A stretch of DNA of 64,000 nt from the human T2T-CHM13v2.0 reference genome, Homo sapiens. Below, one piece after another: positions 50,077 to 64,000 of this stretch. Each line of letters opens with the position of its first letter. Positions within the stretch are counted from its first letter, which is position 1. Below the pieces are notes generated by a model. It saw only the letters and a list, made by a program, of their open reading frames with translations, had not been told where the DNA came from and searched no databases. The stretch spans positions 31,680,001 through 31,744,000 of the forward strand of contig CP068257.2 of the NCBI GenBank assembly GCA_009914755.4, read 5' to 3'. Made by a program: the position numbers and the translations under genes.

Positions 50077-50960
50077 TGACCTTTGGAAAAGCCTTGTCAC
50101 TTTGGACGTTTGCGTCTTTGAAGAGGCGATGGGAGCATATCATGACTGCCTGCCACCATTGCTTTTCAGACTACCACAACTCAATCATGCTGTCCAGGAC
50201 TTCTGGCCCTGTGTTCACCACTGGGAAAACGTACTTCAGACTGGATAGCCTAAAAAGGAGCAATGCCCTTGTAGGATGTGGAGAAGGGAAAATACGGACA
50301 TTAACATTAAAAGACACCAGTGAAATTGTTAGGTCTCTAGGAAGTTGGAGCACAAGGCTTCACGCTTTAAGACCATCTGTGGTTTTCAGTGAACAAGCGC
50401 TGAGCACCAGCAGCAGAAAACAACAACAAAAAAACACCTCGTTTTTACCTTGTCTTCTAGACATGAAAAGGCAGTTGCATTCCACTCTGCATTATGTTCT
50501 ACATGTTGCTTTATCAGTATATGCTTAGCTGTAAGTGACAAGTATTTTTTCTGAACAGAAGTTTACTTAGAAATACCATGCACTTGGGGGTACCAATTAA
50601 CCGCCTGAAAATTAGCATATTGATAGTTCTTAGAGAGACCAGATATAATCTAAGAATTTATATGAAAGATTTGTATCATTAGAGCCAGAAATAATTTTAT
50701 ATTAATATATAATACAGATTAACATTATATATAATATGTACCTGTGTCACTTCTGACATGAGCCTGTAAACATATATTCATATATGTACCTGCACATGTA
50801 CCCACCTGATGTAGGTCTTATTCCTTTAGTATGGACTTAAAGTACTTATTCATATACCTTGTAACTAAAAATTAGAACAGCTCCCTAGAATTATGAACTT
50901 TTAAGAGTCTGACTAGAAATTTGCAACTTATAAAAAAGTTACTTTTAAAAATATAAGTTA

Positions 50961-51105
50961 GGGCTAGGCACAGTGGCTCATGCCTATAATCTCAGCACTT
51001 TTGGGAGGCCAAGACAGGAGGATCACTTCAGGCCAGGAGTTCAAGATCAACCAACCTGGGTAACATGGCCAGACCCCATCTCTATTTATATATATATATA
51101 TAAAA
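50961..51105 (+). mobile_element. Alu monomer fragment with a (TA)n tail.
   Basis: gggctaggcacagtggctcatgcctataatc... Confidence 0.7.
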
Positions 51106-52037
51106 CTTAGAGTTTTTATCTTCCCCTAAAAGAGGCCGTGATATTTGCAGCAGCCTCAAATTGCTCTTAAGGGGTTTAGGTGTGCAGAAGCTTTCCTTTC
51201 CCTACCCAGTAACCATGTGACTACTAACGTGGTATATTGATTTATTTTGTTTGCTGTCTGTCTCCCCTGCCCCACTGCTGGAACAGAGGCTCCAAGAAAA
51301 CAGGGACCTTATTATTCATTACTGCATCCCCAGTAATGAAAGTACTTAGAAAATAATTATTGAATGAATGAAATCTAAACTGTGAACCTGAGGGTGTTTG
51401 TGGCAGTGTTTGTTTTACTGAATTGTAGAAGGACATAACCGTGTTTTCAGTGTTTCTATGGAACAAACTTGTACATTTTATTTCACTTGTGTTTTGTCTT
51501 AAACCCTACTGCTGGAAACAATTTTATGTAATAAGCAATGGGCCCAAAAGTCTAGGAGTTTTTTTGTACTTAGTGAATTTGTATGCAACAGAGATGCTGC
51601 AGCTGATGCCTTTAAAAGGTATTCATCATGGAAGAGCTGAGGCCTGTGCTTGGTGTTCCAGAGCCCAGGGTTGAGCATCCTGAAGGAGCCACTGCAGCCG
51701 TCACTGTCCCCAGAGCCTGTGGAGATAGAGCCTGTTTGCTGCTTTTTCTTCCCGCTCTTAAGACATGGCTGGAGCTCAGTCTTCATTGAATGAAGTTTGC
51801 TGTGGTATTGCATAGCCTTGCTTTCTTGAACTAAACTGTTTGCCCTTCACAAGTAGTTCTTCTTTCAGGATTAGTTCGTTCCAAGGAGGCTCTTCAGTCT
51901 CACAGATAAGTAGATCTCTCCTGCTGTCTGGACACATTTCACTCGGAAATTGAATACAATTTGTATTCAGGCTGGGAACCTGAACACACACTTGTGTTTT
52001 TAAGCTTCCCTTTTTTACAGTGGACAAGGACACAAAT

Positions 52038-52047
52038 AATAAATAAA
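52038..52047 (+). terminator. Candidate poly(A) signal, tandem AATAAA (AATAAATAAA).
   Basis: Canonical hexamer on the + strand about 4.25 kb past the stop codon, in unique sequence. An alternative signal, ATTAAA, lies at 52706-52711. Confidence 0.3.
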
Positions 52048-52335
52048 TCATCCCTAATGCCCAAGAAATGCCCTGGTACTTAGTAATAACAAAATACCAG
52101 TAACTTCCAGTTGTTTCTCACTACCTTTTTTCTTGAGTAGGATGATAATAGAATTACAACTCTTGAGGGCAACATAAATATAGGTGGATATTTGTGGTAT
52201 GATATTGATGGAAAAATAGCAATCTTTTTCTTTACCTGAGGGGAACAAAGGCAAGAGGAGAATTCGATAGTTCTCATAACAAAGGATTTCTGAGTTTTCC
52301 TCCCCTTTCTGTGATCTGTCTCCACTTGGAACTCA

Positions 52336-52728
<393 letters not shown>

Positions 52729-53880
52729 TCACAGTGACTCACCACCCTTGAGCCTCCCTCCCAGATTTTCTGGATACATCAAAGTTAAGAAGAAAAACCT
52801 ATTTTCCTATCTTTCCAGTAAAAGGACCCTTTTTTCTAAACATAGTCCTTAAATATATAATAGGCTTTTTGTGTACTTGACTCTGTTGTCTATTCCCAAA
52901 TTTTATAATACTTTTAATATTCTGGAATTGTACTTAGAGAGATTATTCTAAATGTTGTAGTATAAAAGTACATCATCCACTCTGAAATCTCCCTAAAAGA
53001 ACTCCACTGCATACACGTGGAGAAGTCATCATGCCCCATCTGTGTCTGTACCTGCGGGTGTGTCTAGCATGCTCCCTAGGGAAGGGATTTTATACCATTT
53101 GCTTATATTTATTTGGCAAGCTCCATGAAAACAAGGACTGTTTTTTAACTTTGTGGCTGACACTTGGTTGCCTAAGTGTTTAACGGTGATTGAGCGGGGA
53201 CGTTGACGGTACAAACACTGATTGAATTTACCACTGGAGGGCAACAAGTCACCCTGTTCAGGCTGACAATCGGTTACTATTCAATAATTCCATTCCCAGA
53301 AGATACGCCAAGTATGTTTATACAGGTGGTTTCTTAAAGTTCTGTTTGTGATTATCTCGTCTTGAGCAAATGAGGAAAGGATGTGAAGAATCTGGTGTCC
53401 CCATGATCTCACCCAGAAATGGTTTGGTAGTTACAAAGCAAGATAGAGCAGTTGAGCAAATACTTAGCCCATCTAGTCCTCTACCACTACCACCTTCGCC
53501 TTTTAATGAGCAGGACTTTGTAGTAAGCGAGTTGTTGAAAAGGAGCTCCACATACTTAGTAACAGCCTCGGAGCGGATGGAAAGAAGTAGGCATTGCTGC
53601 AGAGCTGAGATGAACCTGCAAGGAGACAGCCTTGGCCCCAGGGAATGATCACTGCACTGCGCCCCCTACTGGCCTGGCTGAGATGACTAGCTGTGATTCC
53701 CTCCTTAGTCTCACCTGTTGAAGATGGCGCAGAACAGTTACAGCCATGATCAAAAAAGATAATTAATACTTTAGTGTCTCCTGCCCTATCCGCCCCCAGG
53801 GAGAGGCCAGACCATTCAGGGTGCCAGCTGGAGGTTATAAGGGTGGAGTGTGGAGACAGTGTTTCGTGTCACTACTTCCT

Positions 53881-54077
<197 letters not shown>

Positions 54078-54084
54078 GCTTCCT

Positions 54085-55080
54085 GATAGCTGAACATGCA
54101 GAGGCTGCTGGGAAGGGCATAGAATCTCTGCAGTCCTTCTCACATACCTTATCCTATGTATCTCTTCATCTGTATCCTTTGTAATAGCCTTCATAATAAA
54201 CCGGTAAACATAAGTTAGTGTTTCCTCTAGTTCTGTTAGGCAATCTAGCAAATCAGTTGAACACAAGGAGGGGGCCATGGGACCCTCAATTTATAGTCAT
54301 TCAGTCATAACAGGTAAAACCTGGGGCTTGCAATTGGCATCGGAAATAAGGGGGCAGTCTTGTGGGAATGAGCTCTCAACCTGTGAGATTGAAGCAGCAT
54401 GGTTGTCTGGGGTAATACGTGTGGTTTGTTGCCCCACGCCAAGGAAATCGAGGATGGGGACACAAAAGGAGTGGGTTCAAGAGCGGAAGTTTAGCAGGCA
54501 AAAGAAAGAAGAGACCTTCCCTGTGCAGAGGAAGGAGTCCCGAACAGGTTTCCGGGTTTACAGCGAGATGCGGTTGCTTTTATAGATGAGCTTGAGGAAG
54601 CGGTGTCTTATTTACGTAGGGCACAGAGGATTGGTTGGACCAGGTGTTCCATTTACATAGCACAGGAAGAGGCTGGCCATCCCACCCTCATCTGTTATTA
54701 TGCAAATGGCACCTCTACCTAGCCCAGGCCTTGTTGCCTGCTTTTTTACTGCACACGTGGCAACAAAGAAAAGGGAAAAGGGAACTTCAATATTGAATAT
54801 ACCTGACTTCCAAGTATCCCTTTCCTATTGGCACAGCTGCTGGCATTCGCCTATGCAAGCTTCCAGTTTGCTTATCTATGTTTGCAGCTTGAGTTTTCAG
54901 GCTCTTTTTGTTAGAAAAGAAATGATTTGGGGCTTCTTTTTATTAAAAGGCAAACCTTACTGAGGACTCTTTTATCCTCACTAACTGCCTAAATAAATTT
55001 TGTTTAGGTGTTGTATCAGGATCTGATGCTATCTCCAGGTAGACAGTGTCAGAATTAAATAGGAGGATACCCAACCAGTG
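54085..55080 (+). mobile_element. LTR-like block, family unidentified.
   Basis: Unique, non-Alu, moderately GC sequence with AATAAA motifs at about 54210 and 54985. Its structure is suggestive but not diagnostic. Confidence 0.2.
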
Positions 55081-55199
55081 TCTGCTGCAGAATTGATTGC
55101 CTTCTTGTTAATGGGGAGAAATCACTACGCATTTGGTCACAGAAGTCTTCTGTGTTTATTGTTGTGGCATGAGAGCAGAGGAAAAACGGTTTGAGATTT

Positions 55200-56078
<879 letters not shown>

Positions 56079-56207
56079 TTTTTTTTTTTTTAAGAGACAG
56101 GGTTTCACTCTGTTGTCCAGACTGGCCTCAAACTTCTATCTCAAGCGATCCTTCCGCCTCAGCATCTGGAGTAGCTGGGACTATAGGTGTGCACCACCAC
56201 ACCCAGC
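56079..56207 (-). mobile_element. Alu monomer-like fragment.
   Basis: Antisense partial consensus. Confidence 0.6.
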
Positions 56208-56396
56208 TTTAAAAAGGTCACTATTTTACTTATTTATTTTTAATTAGGGCAGACTTAACAGTAAGTGATTCATCCTTGGTTTCTGATACATTATTTCCTC
56301 CTTTTTCTAAAGGAAGTCTGCTCTCTGCCATTATTTTATCTGCCCAGAATACAAGTATAGTAACGTCTTATTACAAGCTATACAAATCCTTTTTCA

Positions 56397-56761
<365 letters not shown>

Positions 56762-57092
56762 TCAGTGAAGAAATGTGAACACCAAGGTTTAGACTGAGAA
56801 GTAGGGCAGGGAGATTGGATGGAGGTAAACTTTAAACATTTCATGTCTTAATTTCTGCTTGTTTACCCCCAAGAGAATTTTATAAATCCATTTATTTCTT
56901 CATGTTTTAATTAACATCTAAAATATTTCCTGACACGTTTAAATAGTTGCAAAAGAAATACTTTACAGTAAGTTGTAAATATTCACATTTTAAAATAAAC
57001 TTGCTTTATCGCTCTTATAAATGCATTCAATGGAATCTCCTATCAAAGCAATTTGATACCCATCATTGTCTACTTTGAAATTACAGAAACTC

Positions 57093-57380
57093 GGCCAGAC
57101 ATGGCGGCTCACTCCTGTAATCCCAGCACTTTGGGAGGCCGAGGCGAGAGGATTGTTTGAGTCCAAGAGTTCAAAACCATCCTGGACAACATAGTGAGAC
57201 GACCTTGTCTCTACAAAAAAATGAACAGAATTAGCCAGGTGTGGTGGTGTGTGCCTGCAATTCTAGCTACTTGGGAAGCTGAGGTAGGAGGATCTCTTGA
57301 GCCCTGGAGGTCAAGGTATAGTGAGCCAACATTGTGCCACTGCACTCCAGCCTGGGCAACAGAGCAAGACCCTGTCTCAG
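57093..57380 (+). mobile_element. Alu (AluJ-like).
   Basis: Diverged sense consensus. Confidence 0.85.
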
Positions 57381-57619
57381 AAATATTTTTTAAAAAATTT
57401 TTTTAAAAAGAAACTCCAGAAACTGTTCTTTATGGGTTCTGAAACTTTACACCATTTCCTTTCCTCCTTGAATTCATATTCTTATTCCCACAAAAGTTCA
57501 TCTTCATGCAGTAGATTTATTGATCATCTATCGTATATCTTTGCAACAAAAAAGTATATAAATTGATATATTTCTTTTTATATGATCATAGTCTCTGAAT
57601 GTTAAAAAGAAAAAAATCT

Positions 57620-57925
57620 GGTTGGGTGCGGTGGCTCATGCTTGTAATCCCAGCACTTTGGGAGGCCGAGGTGGGTGGATCACGAGGTCAGTAGTTCAAG
57701 ACCAGCCTGGCCAAATGGTGAAACCCCGTCTCTACTAAAAATACAAAAATTAGCTGGGCACGGTGGCAGGAGCCTGTAATCCCAGCTACTCAGGAGGCTG
57801 AGGCAGAAGAATCACTTGAACCCTGGTGACAGAGGTTGCAGTGAGCCAAGATCAAGCCACTGCACTCTAGCCTGGGGGACAGAGTGAGACTCCATCTCAA
57901 GAAAAAAAAGAAAGAAAGAAAAATA
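57620..57925 (+). mobile_element. Alu.
   Basis: Sense consensus. Confidence 0.9.
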
Positions 57926-58038
57926 GCTTTTCTGGATTATTATTGCAATTATTAGTATACAGTTGATCAAATATTTCATAACCTTTGATAAATAATTTTT
58001 CAGCATAAAAAGTCCAATTTCACTGGAAATGCATCTCT

Positions 58039-58350
<312 letters not shown>

Positions 58351-59055
58351 TGGAAATACATCTCTTAATTAACTGGATGGAGCTTCTTCCCTCTTCCTTC
58401 AATGCCTGCAGGTGTCACAGATGAACATGCCTTCTTGCCACATGGAGACAGGACCTAGTGCCTCTGCTGCTCCTGTTTTCCATGTTTTGGGGTGAGGCTT
58501 TGTGATGGGCTTGGAAGGAATCCCAAAGTGTCACCTCCACTCGAGTCTTTGGATTCTTTCTGATTTATAGGTCAAAAGCTATTTAGTGAACATTTATCAA
58601 AAATTATCTCTATCTAGTTGCTGAGCATGATATGAAAGGAAAATAAAAACTCGGGACTCCAATTCACTCTGCCAAAAGAAAAAAACTAAGCTGAAAGCTG
58701 AGTCATGCAAGAAGCTGCCTTTCCTTTTGTTCCTAAGCAGAGAGCTAGAGGTAAAGGTAAGTGTCTTGGGGGGGATATTTAACCTACTCTGTGTTCACCT
58801 TATCTTCTGTAAAGTGCTGATTTTCTGAGCATACAAGGAATACATAATTGAAATTGACTATTCCCCTACCTGCTCCTTTTCTCTTGCAACTTGTGGATTC
58901 GATAATGTGACCATACCCTCCTTCTTTCCATACCAGCCTGTTTTTTCCCTTATATTGAAGCCCTCAAAATCATCTTTGGAGAAAGGCACAGACCTGTCTC
59001 CTGGGCATTGTCCTTAACCTTGGCAAAGTAAACTTCTCAATTGAGACCTGTCTCA

Positions 59056-59406
<351 letters not shown>

Positions 59407-59981
59407 CCAGCAGCTAACATTATAAAAACAGAAACTGCCAAACATTATACATCTCCTGATGGACAGATCAGGAGTAGTCTTGAAAAAACCCATTGTTAGG
59501 AATGATAAATTCCTCTTCAAAGGGTTTAATTGTGTAAAGTTCTTGCTCTTTGTTCAGAAGCCCAACCTCCTTGTACTCTCATTTCTAGCCTGCAAACAAC
59601 TCTTCCGCTCTGATTGTGCCCTGACATGCCCAGACATGTTCAGACATGCCTTGTACTCTAACAGACAAACTACTCCTACCCCATCCTTCTCTTAACTGCA
59701 CGTTTGCCATATTTAGAGAAAGTTTAAGTCTTATCCAGTTGGGTTAGTTTAGATTGTGCGGTCCAACTCCAACCAATGGGGAAAGGACACAGGAACAGAA
59801 GCTGCATGCGGGGTAAAAACCCTTCTCTCCTTTGTTCGGTGTGCTCTTGCAAGCAGATGGACACAGGCAGCACTCTTCTGCAGAAGTAAATGTGCCTTGC
59901 TGAGAAATTTTCTGTCTAAGTGCTGGTTTTTCTTTGCAGCACTGAGTGCTTGTTTCTAACACCATCCTGACCTGGCCTTAG

Positions 59982-60524
<543 letters not shown>

Positions 60525-60953
60525 TGAGAGAGAAAGAGGAAGTTACATTTATGAGACTGATAGTGGCAAGAGGCAGGCAAATGCCTAGGCAGATAACAGC
60601 GGGTCCCTGGTGAAACCCCACTGCCAAGCCAAAAACAGTTTAAAGCCTGAAAGTCAAGCTACAGGTCACATCCACGGACTGGATTGAGAACCTGTCTTCC
60701 CATTTGGTGCACTTTCCTCTGATTGAGCCCCACCCTTCACCTGTTTTATATATACCTCCTAATTGGTTCTCTACACTGTCATGCCCACCTTTCAGTGGTG
60801 TCTTTGCTTTAGCCTTTTTTGCATACTCACAAACCAATCAGCATGCACTCCCCTATTCTGAGCCCATAAAGACCCCAAACTCAGCCACACTGGGAGAGAG
60901 AAACCACCTGACTGTGGGGATCAGGGACCACCCCCACGTCCACTCTCCACTGA

Positions 60954-61668
<715 letters not shown>

Positions 61669-63366
61669 CTCCCACAATTTTTGTAATATGAATTACTAAC
61701 TTATTTTGTGCCAGCTAATAATATTATGGTAATCTTGTGCTTTAAATAAGATGCGTCTGAAATGTTTATAGATGAAGTAAGATAATATTTGAAATTTACT
61801 TCAAATGAACACTGGAGGAAAGGTACAGAAATGCAGGGCAGTGCAATGGGTGTAATGCACTGTGCACAAGGGAAGGCCTTATTCCCCCACCTGCTGAAGC
61901 ATTGCCAAGAGACAGCCTGGCTCTGTCAGTATCTTCAAGAAGCACCTCACTGAGGAGTACCAGCCTGTGCTGAGCCCTTGTCTGTGACAGCCCACATCCA
62001 GTGTCTTCTCCATCAGGGCTTGCCCCACTGGGTCAGCTCCCAGGTCCATCCCCTAGAACTCACTCTTCCCAGCCCTGCTTCCTTCTCTCCCTTGCACAGA
62101 TTTGATCCTGGGAGCACTCCCTATTCAACTTCCTGCAAGCTAACCTGGATCTCAGAGCCTGCTTCCAGGGAACTCATCCTGTACAAGTTGAAAGAAAACT
62201 AGCCGTGAATGGATAATTCTTAAAGCTGAGTGTGATAGGTAGAATTCAAAGATGGTCCCCAAGGTCCCTACCTCTGATATAAACACCCTGTATCATCCCC
62301 AGTACTGTCTGGCAATAGATTTTACTCCTGTAACTAGCTTCTTTGGCACAGTTGACCGCTAGCCGGGGAGAGGAGTATTCTGGTGGGCCTGACCTAAATC
62401 ACATGAGCCCTCCAAAAGCAGAGTTTTCTCTGGCTCCTCCCAGACAGCAATTCAAAGCACAGGGATTCAACAGGCTGCTGATGGCTTTAAGGTGGAGGGA
62501 GCCACAGTGCATGGGATGCAAGTGGCTGGTAGCAGCTGGGGCAGCCACTGTGGGCGGTCAGCATGGAAACAGGGTCCTAGGTCCTGCAGCCGCAAGGAAT
62601 GGAATTCTGCCAACAGGAGCAGACTTCAAGAATTCTCCCCCACAGAGCCTTCAGATGAGAACACAGCCCAGCCGACACCTTGACTTCAACCTTACAATAT
62701 GCTGAGCAGAGAGCCTAGCCATGCTGGACTTCTGACCACAGGGTGTGAGCTAATCCATGAATATTGTTCTAAGCTGCTAAGTGTGTAGGAATTTGTTGCA
62801 CAGCAACAGAAACCTAATATACTAGGTGACAGGCACAGAGAGGTTCATAACCCTAGTCTATTTCTGTACAAGTCTGAAACTTTCCATAGTGAAGAAAACC
62901 AAAATATTTCACCCCAAAATATATTTCCTTGACATAGTTCAAGATGGTGATTCAGAAGGGCTAGAAATACAAGAGCAACTAAAACGCTGTCTTTTGTCAG
63001 GGAGATTTGCATCTGTCGAGAAAATCTGCACGGATGCAACCAGGCTTCCTCTCAGGCCCTCCCTTGTCCTATCCAGGAAAGATTAACTGAGAGTCAGACA
63101 TCTTTAAAGGTCCGAAAAGCATTCATCACCTATTCTCTCTGAGCACTGCTATCTGTAAACTTTCTAACAAGACCACCTTTGCTAACCAGACCTCATCTTC
63201 TCCCCCTCCCATACCTGTTTTGCCATGATTCAAGTCCCCATTCTGTCTGTACACTCAGGAAGGCATGGAAGCTACTGAGCCCCACTGGGGAGTTGGGGTC
63301 ATCACTCTGGGGTTCTCCTGTGTGCACGTTAATACATTTGAATGCCTTCTATCCTTTTAATCTGCC

Positions 63367-63719
<353 letters not shown>

Positions 63720-64000
63720 TGAAGAGGAAGTTTTCCCTTCGTCACCATAACAGTCATCATAAATGTTTAAAATCCTGATTTTCATGTTGCTAATCGAAGC
63801 TGAGTGTTGGGAACTCAGCTGAGTGGCTCATTATACTTCTCTCTAATTTCAGGAACATATAAAATTTCCCATAATAAAACCTTCAAAAATTTGTACAATG
63901 ATTGATTGGTCAGCAGGCAATTTGAGTAGTTCCTACTTACATTATTTTTGTAAGCAAATATTAATAAGTGCCAGCCTTCTTAAAGGGCTTGTCACCCAGT

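Noticed and set aside
49962-50528. A 188-aa plus-strand ORF downstream of IFNAR1.
   Set aside because: It begins inside an antisense Alu, continues through low-complexity sequence, and has no recognisable domain or splice context. It is most likely non-coding 3'UTR or intergenic sequence.

Overview
This window is human genomic DNA from chr21q22.11, the interferon-receptor cluster. It is not prokaryotic: I found no operon, CRISPR array, toxin-antitoxin or defence-island-like system, and no tRNA or rRNA.

The window contains the complete IFNAR1 gene on the + strand, with 11 coding exons. I reconstructed these by matching the translation to the IFNAR1 protein as I recall it. The exon lengths sum to 1674 nt, giving 557 aa plus a stop codon. 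The remaining signals at each boundary are all canonical: an AG acceptor at every intron, and canonical GT donors at every boundary (the exon 9 donor GTCAGA is weak). The promoter sits in a CpG island at about 16.5-17.7 kb. It carries tandem GC-box repeats and a short (GT)n tract.

The most unusual object is a ~6.2-kb compound AT-rich minisatellite at 10127-16310, built on the motif GGAATATATATAT. It has at least seven internally homogeneous sub-domains with different periods (30, ~40, ~20, 27, 39, 13/15/28 and 13 bp). The array is flanked by a perfect 22-bp inverted repeat. It abuts an Alu on its left and ends only ~170 bp before the IFNAR1 CpG island.

The rest is typical primate intron and intergenic content:
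- About 45 Alu elements. Several are young AluY copies with intact target-site duplications (TSDs); two of these sit in ancient L1 remnants, the third in unique sequence.
- Ancient L1 fragments and one young L1PA 3' end.
- A 5'-truncated, intronless USF1-derived pseudogene fragment in IFNAR1 intron 1.
- Two LTR-like blocks, a ~310-bp local direct duplication in intron 1, and assorted simple repeats.

Alu, L1 and LTR calls are by eye against remembered consensus. Most boundaries are approximate to about ±10 bp; the L1 and LTR blocks are rougher.
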